A stretch of DNA of 64,000 nt, taken from positions 34,550 through 98,549 of the forward strand of contig JAUCBJ010000629.1 in the NCBI GenBank assembly GCA_032718475.1, in the 5' to 3' direction. Made by a program: the position numbers and the translations under genes. Below are positions 51,101-61,933 of the stretch, in pieces (the stretch's first letter is position 1; each line of letters starts with the position of its first letter). The notes under the pieces were generated by a model that was not told where the DNA came from, did no database searches, and was given only the letters and a program-made list of their open reading frames with translations. Source of the stretch: Nemertoderma westbladi (Eukaryota; Animalia; Xenacoelomorpha).

Positions 51101-53155
51101 ACACCAAGTGTCTCCAATTCATCGAACCGCTCTTGGAGTTCAACCAAGCGGTTGCGCCCATACTGGGGAATAAGGCCTTTCCTCTGTGGGGGTAGGGTGG
51201 GACCTATATTCACAGTGGCTTCAAATGGCCAAAGCAGCACCGTTATTGCCTGGGTAAACTGGTGAGCATACGCTGGAGTGACGATTGATGATCAGCAAAA
51301 ATTGTAGGTGTTCTGCCAGCGTGAGTATGTTGTATGGGTCGAGCCGGATGTCATGTAGGTTGGGTGTTGGAGGATCAGAACCTGTCGGTCATCGTGCGGA
51401 TGGAGAGGTAAGAAGATCTGACTCTGATGTATCAAGCGCAGGTGTGACACAAACAATGTGGGCATGTCGTCGAATAAAAATAGGTTCTTTTGACAGATTG
51501 TAGAGGTCAACATGGCCAGCAATGGGTTGCACAACCTATGGTTGGAACCATGGTGTTAAGCCAGATCCATGTAGGGTTAAAAGCACAGGGCCTGTGGGTC
51601 TATAGAGGGTGGGAGAGGGACATGGAGGGGTTCGCCTGGCCACACAACGATTGAGTTGGCGGATGCATGGACAACAGGGGAGACTGACATGGTGTGTGTA
51701 TGTTTCTGAGTGTAATCGTAATTGGAACCATCATGAAAGCTGAGGCGACCACGGGTGGGGTATGGGTGAGGCCAGATTTGTTACAACAAGGCCTTGGAAC
51801 CTAAAAGTGAGTGAGCCACAGGTAACTGTGAAACGGGTTTCACCATATGCACGGAGTATGGTAGATCCATCTGCGAGGGAAGGAAGTTGAGCAACACTGG
51901 GGGTGATTCAGACACCCAGTTCACAGGCTAGGGACTCCAATATTAAATCAGCCTCCGCTCCACAATCGAGGATAATAAACAGCAGGCAATATCGGTAATG
52001 GACACTGAGGATGGGTGAGCGCACAACTTTGACATGGAGAGGAGATGAGGGTAAGTAACTGCCATCATCAAACGTATCATTAGTAGCATTGCTTGTAGTA
52101 TCAGCAAAACTGTCGGTAATCTCAGTTTCAACTAGGACATCCACAGTATGGGTACGAACAAGGAATTGGCGGTCTTGTTCTGGGAGAAAGCGACAGGTAC
52201 TCAGGAAGTGGTCAGCTTCGGGTCTCTTAGCTTGGGAGCACAGGAGACACACTTTTATTGGGTGGGAAGTTGATCTACCTGGTGTAGACCAACCGACTGA
52301 GTGGTGTGGTTGGTATCATGGGGTGCTCGTGCGAAAGGTATGGACATTGGCAGTAATGTTAAGCTCCACTATGAGAGCCGGAAGGACATGGCTAATCTCC
52401 GGTTTAAAGGAGGCCAGGGTACGATTACGTAGCTCGGTTCCATAGTGCTGCTGTATTAACCGAGGAAGGTTGGGATGGAGAAGGCATTGCCATGTTAGGA
52501 GGTTCTCTAAAGATGGTGACATCTCTTCGTCTTCTGCTATGTGTGCACCCATATGGTGGATTCCAGATTCCCAGGTGAGGAAATTGTCATCGAGGAAGGC
52601 AGCAAGTCGTTGGAAAAGATCTTCTGGTCGTTCCTTGTGTTCCAGGGTTATAGCAGAGAAATTAATGAAATGGGAACACGATGACTGAAAGCTGAAGAGT
52701 GCATGGAGGGCCTGCCAGACAAAGGACAGGGAAGTAGCAGAACGGACAATGGTGGCTATCAAGAGATTACTGGGGCATAGTTTGCTATTTGTCCGAGCAT
52801 TAATTCCAAAGCAGCGACTTGCTGGGCTGCAGCACGACTGCGTGCAGTGGGGATATTCTCCGGATCATCGACCACCAAACCGTGGGTAGGTGCTGCGCGA
52901 GAAGCTGGGAGCCACTGGGTAGTTGTGGAGGAGAATCGGGCGAATTCGGGGTCAAGGTCCAAACCATATAGGAGAGATTGTCACCAGGCCTCGAAGGATG
53001 TCAGGGTTTCTGACTTTGACAACGGTTGGAGCCGTGGCGCTTTGAAATTGGCCATGGCACAGGTAAATATTGTAAGGACTGGTAAGTGACTGCAGGACTC
53101 TAGGTATCGGGTCTGTACAGCTGTATGAGTACGTTGGGTTCTAAAAAAAACACAG

Positions 53156-53167
53156 CCGCTGCCACCA
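53156..53167 (-). promoter_or_regulatory. Primer-binding site, probably tRNA-Leu
   Basis: TGGTGGCAGCGG just inside the 5' LTR is complementary to the tRNA-Leu 3' end ...CCGCTGCCACCA. Confidence 0.75.
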
Positions 53168-53176
53168 CGCCAGAGT

Positions 53177-53513
53177 GGTAAGAGTTGGATCGGATCCCGA
53201 TGGGTATCAACACAATAAAGTATATAATATATCAGGTCAGTATATATTATCACAACTAGACTGATACCAGCAAACACAGACTGCACGGCTGGTACCAGGC
53301 TACTACTGATAAACGGAGGTAAGAAAGCTAGGTGACTATACTGATGTACCGGTAAGTTGGTGCTGCCATGTAACACAGCCAGACTCCGACAATGCAGTAC
53401 CTGTGGGGCCTTAGGTCTATATCCACCACAATATATACAGTATATGCTAGACCTAACGTCTGGCGTATACGCTAGACCGAAGTTCTGGCGGAAATTATAA
53501 TTATCTTGGGACA
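53177..53513 (-). repeat. 5' LTR of the Gypsy element
   Basis: Direct repeat of 47881-48185 with a ~55-bp indel; outer boundary uncertain by a few bases. Confidence 0.8.
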
Positions 53514-54856
53514 CACAGGAAAGTCAAAACTTGCATCACAATAAAACATTGAGACAGTTCATAAATCACAAACTTATTGTGCGAAATATTTTCCCAAGAG
53601 TTTTGGTGTCCGTCCATTCTGACTGAATGTCAGCAGTCAGGAGTGGATGGTGTGATGATTGTGGTGAGGCTAGGAATGTACGAATAATACATTTAATCAA
53701 CGTTTATATAAGACAGAATGTGTCACGCTCATCTCAATTAACAATTTAATGGTGAAGCGTTGTGTTTAGAGCCTGAAGTTTACTAAAGTTAACTAAAGTA
53801 ATAGTCCGGCAGCAACATGCATAGATTTTGGTGAACCCTGATTTTTTATACCCATAAAATCATTCATCGGTTTAGAACTCATTAGACCCTAATAAACAAT
53901 ATTTAGGAGGGTGTCGCCCCTACAACCTTGAGCCTTTCTCATAAATCGTATTTCCCTGGTTACCGGGGTGTTTATATGCATCTGCCATGTTTTAAACACA
54001 CAATGTTTACAGGATTTACCCCAAACTTGACTAAACCAATGATTGCGAATTCGAAGAGCTCATTCTTAAATCACTGTTACCCTGGCAACCGTTGCCTTAG
54101 CAAACACCAACTTATGCATTATACGATCTCAGTTTAAGCATATTCCCTCAGTATATCGCGTATTGAACTCTAATTCGGGTCACAGTTATTATGAAAACCG
54201 TTGCTAAGGGAACTACAACTGTAGTCTATCATAGCAACCAGCGACCTAAGCATTCTATGACTACATTATGGTACTGTTTCAACATACAGTACCCCCTCTG
54301 TATCGTACATAGTGTGTTCATTGAACTTGTTTCCAGTCGAGGCTACCATGACAACCGTTGCTAGTTAGATTCATTGACAGCACATTTTGATTTAGGGCAT
54401 GTTAAAACCGCAAGCTTAAGAATATATTATTATTTGTGTCTAAATGTGTTTGCTTTTATTAAGTACAATAATATATGATATTGTTTAATTTATGAATGAA
54501 ACAATCAAAATTTGATTACACCCTAACACTATGCATACAATACCACCATACAGTATTATATTATTATAAAGTAATATACTACAGAACTTAACAGATTGAA
54601 GTGACGAAGTAGATTGAAGAAACATTAATATGAATTGATAATTATATTATTTTTTAATTGTCAAGCAAGTTAAGTAAAATACCTTACAGTACCGGTAGGT
54701 AAGGTATGCAAGTACCAAAGTATGTAAAAAACCTAAAATTAATAAATAAATAAAAGTAATAAGAAATAAATTTTTAAATTATTGTAATGCATGGATTTGT
54801 TCAGCAATTAATTGATTGCACAATATCTTGAATAAAATTTGGTCTTGTCTGTCTAT

Positions 54857-56502
54857 ATTTATTACCCTGATATTTTGTTATTTTTCCGGTTATTTTAACC
54901 CGAGGAACAGGAACTAGCCGAGGCGTAGCCGAGGCTTTCCTGTTCCGAGGGTTAAAATAACCGGAAAAATAACAAAATATCAGGGTAATAAATGTGTTGT
55001 TACCAACTAATCTCGGAAAAAATAACCAACTACATCATGTTTATATCAAGAAGCCACTATTCTGCTATTAATTTACAATATACCAAACCCATCCAGATAC
55101 CCTAGATTTCTAAAAGGGTTTTGTTTGGGGGTAGAAATATAAAAATGGGGCTTGGAAATTTTGGGGGGAGACACTAATTACAAATTAATAAATAACACGA
55201 GCGGCCAAGGCATAAAATAATTAAATAACATGAGCGGGCTTATGCCTAACAATTTCCCCCTGGCGGGTAAACAGGAATAAAGTAAAAAAATACAAATAAA
55301 TATAATAGATTAAATAATAAAGTAATATAAAATAAATGATGGAAAATACTAGAATTTATTTCCATTCCACAGTATGTATAGCTAACACGATGATAGTGAT
55401 GGGAGTCTACTCGGGACAGCTGAGAGCGTTACATTGTGTGGAATTGGGTGAGACACAATGTAGACAGAACCATTCGTGTGAGAATAGGTGAATGTAGGCT
55501 TACCATACTGTATACGATGTATTACAGTATATGAGAAAAAAGTAGAACATTTTGTTTCTCAATATTCTCTCAACCCTTTATTAACCTCGCTGAAGCTCAG
55601 GTAAATAAAATGCCTCGAGAATAATGAAAAGAACGTTCTATTTTTTTCCCATGTAATAAATAATTATTTATTCTTAAATTGTTACTTTTTCGCCCGAATT
55701 TAGACCAAAATCTGGAGAAAACATTTAACTTTTTTTCCCGGCGAAAAAAGTAAAATATAATATTTTTGGTGGAATTTCTTAAATTGTATTACCGTTGTAC
55801 CGGTACCGTAGTTCTACAGCATTGTGCATGTGCAGTATGTAAACCTACGTTATTTACAACTGGTAGGTACAAGTCTGTCTGTCTGGTACGTTCGTCTTTA
55901 CGGTAGAATCGTAGAAACTGTTGAGAATGGCATTCCTGCCATGATTAGGATGCTGCTGTCCATAATTGTCAAATACCGAAAGTAAAAGATCTCTGAGTAG
56001 GCTGAGTTGAGTGTGCAATCTGAACTTGTAGTGTAGGCCTACCAGTACTGCATTTCCCGTTTAGTTTGCCAGTACCGGTACAATAAATTATTGCCCAATA
56101 TGCGCTGTTCTGTAGGCGTACCGGTCAGGTAGGTTTTATAGTTGCAAGGCAGTGATGTGATTGAGACCTTAAAGGAAGCTGTGGTACCACTACCGGTACT
56201 GTACGATGCATGCAGTCAGTCTACCTACAATCTGAACTGAAAACATACCATAGGCCTACGATAGTCTTATTCTTATAACTTTCACTTTCACTCGTTAGTA
56301 AAGGTAACCGGTACCGTAAGCTAACTACTGTATTCACAACACAGCAAACAGGCATAAATGTAATTTCAACATGCAGATTGCAGATACCGGAGTGTTGAAA
56401 AATAAATGTGTTATTTTTTCCTAGGACTAAAATAACACTATTTTTAGATAGGTTATCATTGCGATTGTGTTATTTTTTCCGGGATTGGTTGGTAACAACA
56501 CA
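54857..56502. mobile_element. Crypton-like non-autonomous element (terminal hairpin plus inverted repeats)
   Basis: 137-bp palindrome at 54857-54993 with a GCCGAGGCGTAGCCGAGG core, then a 33-bp IR (54994-55026) mirrored at 56469-56501 (2 mismatches). No recombinase ORF; family assignment is from recalled Crypton end structure. Confidence 0.6.
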
Positions 56503-57518
56503 CGTTAATTGTTATATCTCGTTAATAATCATTTGCATCCAATTTATAAATATATAAAAAATTGCCCGATATATTAATTAAGGTAACTTATGTCAAACAA
56601 ATTTTATAATTCTGAGTCCGATTAATATACAATTAGCATACCAGACTCTAATATTAACTACTTTTAAGTGAGATATAACAGTTAGTATCGTATCTCAATA
56701 ATTTATCTCTGTAACTAGGCGTTATCTCATGAATATATTCGCACAAAGATCGTATGTTATTGTTACAGTAAAATAAAGTATTAATATCAGCAAAATTAAA
56801 ATTATAAAAAGTAATGTATGTGAGCGGTGAGGGGACAGACTAATAAAGCTTGGAGCTCATTTTACACGGGAGATCATTTACTCCTATTTCATTTTTTGGT
56901 GACTTTTAGATATTAAAAATGTATCTCCTCCTTTAATCTTTATCTGATTTATTTGGCTATTTTTTTTGTTTCTAAGCCCTGTCTCTCCTGAACACATTCC
57001 TTAAAGGGATTGTTGAAATTCGCTCTAGTTCTCGAGAAAAGTTAGATTAAAGTCTGTGTAGTCTATAAAAATGTAAAAATTCATGACTTCGTGTCACAAA
57101 AAGTACATGCCGATTTTAAAACACTTTTAGTAGATATTGTGTCTTTAATACTTTAATCAACAATAAAAACAATTTACCACAACCTAACGACCTCAAGTAT
57201 TATTGCAACATTTTATCTCTAGGTACATTATCATCATAATGCCTTACAAAAATCTACAAATACAATAAATAAATTCACCTTCGTATGTACCGCGTAGTCT
57301 ATTAGTAACCGAAGTGAAATAATGTGTTCCTCCAGACACCCACACGGCCCTTCTGGGCACCGGCGCGGACTGACATTTGTTAATATTGTACCACTTTATT
57401 AATCTGTTATTCCTTAAAATGTCATATAGTCTTAGTCTAGCCAGACTTATCACAATTCTATTACACCTAGTTCCCACAAACCCAGTTATATTGGCTGTTC
57501 CAGCCACTGACTGAACAG

Positions 57519-58319
57519 CTACTACTACTACTACTAGGATCGGCATGCTGCATAGCTGCTGCATTTTTAAGAATGCTGTGCCGGCTTGTCGACAAAATTT
57601 CGCCGCCACAACTCCCTCCTATCACCCATGACATTTGCTAGATCATCGGCATCTTCAAGGCCAGTGGCCTTTAAGATGCGTCTCAAGAAAGTCATGGGCT
57701 GTCTACCATGCTTATTTACTCCATGAGGGTGCCAAAGTACAAGATTATGCACTGGCTGGTCCTCACGGCGAAAGTAATGTCTTGCAAAGCAGAGGCGATT
57801 TTGTTCTAGTGTCAAGCTTGGGGGAACCAATGAGACACCTCCAATGTTTATAGTGTCTGGTTGGAGATGTGTGCATTGTACTTGACACAATGAACCCGGC
57901 GTAGCATTCTTGTGAATGTGCCATCCAGAGATTTGGTGTCCTCTGCAGTTTGAGCCCAGCATGTACTCCCATAGAGGAGTACTGCTGCTCTAAATAATCG
58001 GACCTTAAGATTCCGATAAAATTTCTGTGACTTCCAAATCCTGAAAGCCTATTCAAGGATGCCCATGTCTTTCCCTTACGTATTCGAAGGTCCTCACCTG
58101 ACTTGGGGATGCATGATCCTAGGTAACAGAAGTCGTCCACGTGCTCAAGCATACCATCCTATGAGTTTATGTTCATCCGGTCAGAGACTTACTGAGGACT
58201 TTCAAAGTAAACTGTCAAAATTGGGGTCTTTTTGGAGTTAATAAAAAGACCAACACTAGAAGCAGCCTGTTATAATGAACTGAGGAGCCGTTGGGCTCCC
58301 TCTAGTGATTCTGAGAGTA
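57519..58319 (-). mobile_element. 5'-truncated RTE LINE copy with intact 3' end
   Basis: Closely matches 38739-39485 in reverse orientation, continues to native stop (DKPAQHS*), a short 3' UTR and a (TAG)6 tail; frameshifted. Confidence 0.92.
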
Positions 58320-59437
58320 TGTAAAAGCCTTTGCTGAATTGCCCCGTTATTTTTATTATCTTTTACATTAAAATACTCTGTAGTTGATTTAATAAGTGTA
58401 AGAGACCGTATTATTGCTGTATTGGTGTTTTTTAGAGGATCTAAGACCTATTTCCTCCGTATGTGTACTGTGAAAGGCATAGTTGATGATTCTATGGCAA
58501 TTCCATGACGCAAAGGGTGATAGCTACTCTTGAACAGTAGTTACTATGACTACGGTTAACAGCTGATATTCATACGTGTTGATTTTCTTTGTTCTACGGC
58601 GTCTCTCAGTTCAGTCAGCCAATCAGAGCATTTTTATGGCTCTTGTAGAGAAATTTCCTAGAAATCACGTAATGCTTTATGTGCAGTGTTTACATTCAGT
58701 CCTGAGCCAGGAGAGAACGGCTTGGAAATATTTTGTGCCTTTCTGTTTTTAGCTTAACACTAGTAGGCTTAATTATAAGGACATATATCCGTTATCACAC
58801 TGAATCACTGTGCAACTCAACTAAACAAACCAAATCTGCATGTACCATACACTGTGCATACTTTATATTGTTATACTGCTATTTACTGTCGGTCCTTCAT
58901 AATATGGTTGATGAATTATTATATTTGGAATAACGATAAATAACCCCGAAACCCAATATTCTTGATATACCGAAGGTAAGAGAGAAAGGTTATATATAAC
59001 GATTGTGACTTATGTTAAAGTGGTTTGAAGTGAATCTAATGTTATTTGATAGACCCTACATGAGTCGGTCCGTGTTCCTTTTATATGTGACTAAAATCAG
59101 TGAAGATCGGCAGATTAGTGTGCAGTATTGTGCAGCATTGTGTATGAGTGAGACTGATAACGAAGCATTTCCTAAAGAATGCGCCATATATGTGAATTAT
59201 AACTAAGCCATATCGTTGGGAGTAGTTTAAGTCATAACTCTGTTTATATAGATAGAGCGCCACGTCCTAAAGGAACTGTTAATATTCCCCGAAGGTGAAT
59301 AATATTGTCAGAGATTATATAATACTGTCAGTCGAATAATACATTAGGCTTACATAGCAATAAGATTAAGCCGTCGAACCCAATCTCCCGGGTATATCCA
59401 GCGGGTGAATGATCGCGCACAGATTGGTTTCGACTAG

Positions 59438-60583
59438 TGTAGTGAATCAAATACTTGTCATAGGCTAAAAGTGATTAATTATCTAAAAGACATCCTAATT
59501 TGGTGGGTTAAACTGCCAAAGGTCTAAAAGCGCGAACAATAACGGATATAGCTTCTTTATTGCAGTAAGCAATAAAGTTGAAAGTACCGGTCAACCGGTA
59601 AACCTGAACGGTACATCTGTAGGTCAGTAGGCCCAACTGCCAGAACCGGTACTGCCGTAGGTCCGTAGGTCCAACTGCCAGAACCGGTACTTCTGTAGGT
59701 CCGTAGGCCTAACTGTCCTAACCGGTACTTCCCGTATAAGTACGTTAGTATTATTCGATTTGATTGTTGTATACCGGTAGGCTGTTTAAGAGATTAGGGA
59801 CTGTACACCCCTTGTTTCTTTTGGAGCTTACTTATTTCTGTCAGTTTTATTTGTTTGTAGGCCAGTATTGAACAGAAGGCGTGTAAGCCTGATCATATTG
59901 TACAGACAATTTGTAGGCTGAGCTGTTGTCTGATTGCTGTTAAGTCCGAACGGATTGCAGTGTGTGTAGATCACCTGTCCGATAAAGAACGGTTAGGAAG
60001 TAGGGGCAGCCAATGCTGTAAGGTAAACCCCCAACTAAAGAATAAGTCGTACTACTGGGTTAGAACGCATACTACCTAATCATTTCGGAGTCTGCATGTC
60101 CTGTAGTTTATTTAGGCTTGAGAGTAGTCTGCCATCGTTTAGTCTGTACTTTGTTTGTGTAGTCTGTACAGGTAGCGTATAATATTTATTTAGATAATTT
60201 GTAGGCTGGATAGTTGTCTGGCTGTTATTAGGTCTGAACGGATTTCGGTGTGTGTAAAGCATCTGTCCGATAAAGAACGGTTAGGAAGTAGGGGCAGCCA
60301 TTGCTGTAAGGTAAACCCCCAACTAAAGAATAAGTCGTACTACTGGGTTAGAACGCATACTACCTAATCATTTCGGAGTCTGCATATACCGTAGTTTGTT
60401 TAGGCTTGATGGTAGTCTGTCAGTGTTTGGTCTGCATTTTGTTTGAGTGGTTTGTACGCGTAGCGTAATATTTATTATTCAGAGTTTATGCGATTATTCG
60501 CAACATTCATTCCCCAAGTTTGTTCCTACAATAATTGTGTTTGTTATACATACCGCTATAGTTAAATTAACCCCGGTACTACA
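59438..60583 (+). repeat. Probable 5' LTR of a second LTR retrotransposon
   Basis: TGTAGT...ACTACA inverted ends; internal 36-bp and ~288-bp direct repeats; TGGCGTAG PBS-like sequence 9 nt downstream; long ORF follows. The partner LTR is not in the window. Confidence 0.5.
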
Positions 60584-61414
60584 CGGGCTGCTTGGCGTAG
60601 GTAAAGACTGGTGATTTTGTGCACCGGTCACTCCAGCAGATGCCGTGGTTCTTTTAACTGTTCAAGTATATTTAACTACTGATTATATGTTGTACAAGTA
60701 CTCGTACCTAATTTAGGGTTTAGTGTACAGTGCTTTCCGAAAGTAATTAGTGTAGACATTATATTTGTGTTGTAAAGTGGTTGATAGGCACGTTCGATTA
60801 GCTCTATTAACTTCTAGGTAGGAACACTCCGTGATACATAACGTAGTACCTATAGCGATAAGGCTATAGGTCGTCAGGCGGTGGTATTTTCCTATCTGGA
60901 CAACGCAGTGTATTTACTACTACGTATTATTTTCAAATACCGCAGTACCCTGTCCGTTGTAATAACCAGAATTCTAACCCTTTGTTAGGCTGGTTTGTAG
61001 ACTTCTTGTAAAATTACCCTGAAAATTCGTATTTTGTGCTTTTTGTAAGTTTTTGTGTTTATTTAGAGATTGTAATCTCACCCGAATTGTACGTAATTTG
61101 TAGTATTAAGTAACTTAGGTAAATTAGTATTATTTGTTTTAGTGTCCTATAAGTAACACTTCACTGAAAGCGCACCGCTTTGTGTAGTGATTACTCCCCA
61201 GAAATAATAACATTTATTTCAAACATTGACAAAACCCATTAAAACGGGTATATATATATTATAAATCAAATCTAACGATTTATAAATAGTAGGCCTACCA
61301 TACAACCATTAGGTCTCAATATCAGTTGGATTACTGCTCAAATAACGGTAATAAAGTAAGTAAGGTAACCAAGTAACCCTTGAAATTCAGAAATTCAGTT
61401 ATTTAAAATAATTG

Positions 61415-61800
61415 ATATACCGGTATTTACAATAGGCTTATTATATTTATTTCTATAAATTTTAGGTTGAAATCATACCGGTATTCTGTAATTAATTCTA
61501 GTTTGTAATTATACTTATATATATACACTATAAGTGTAAACTGCATACCGGTATTTACGATAGGCCTATTATCTTTATTTCTATAAATTTAGGCTGAAAT
61601 TATACCGGTACTTTATAATTAATTCTAGTCCAGAATTATAATTATATATACTACAAAACTGTAAGCTGTATACCGGTATTCCCAATAGGCCTATTATATA
61701 TTTATATATATTTGTGCTAAAATTATACCGGTATTCTGTGATAAACCTAGTCTGTAATAATACTTATATAGTTATATATACTATAAGCATACCGGTATTC
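61415..61800. repeat. ~130-bp degenerate tandem repeat in the putative 5' leader
   Basis: About 3 units of ATACCGGTATTTAC..ATAGGCCTATTAT...ATACCGGTATTCTG. Confidence 0.75.
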
Positions 61801-61933
61801 TAATATATTATATATATCACGCTACACTGAGTAGCAGTACCGGTAATTAATTACTAGGCTAGCAGTTAATACTGAGTTACTAGACTTGCTCAGACTGTAA
61901 TACAGCAGTAGACATTCAACTGTACACATAAAC

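Larger units (their letters stand above)
47881..53513 (-). mobile_element. Decayed Ty3/Gypsy LTR retrotransposon
   Basis: Two LTRs, PBS, gag (MANFKAPRLQPLSKSETLTSFEAW), protease (ILDCGAE), RT ([27 protein letters not shown]), RNase H (AGYFSAKL...WLPCEME) and integrase remnants, in Gypsy order; many stops and frameshifts. Confidence 0.9.

Noticed and set aside
59975-60385. Hammerhead ribozyme in the duplicated LTR core
   Set aside because: No CTGATGA...GAAA catalytic core was found on either strand.
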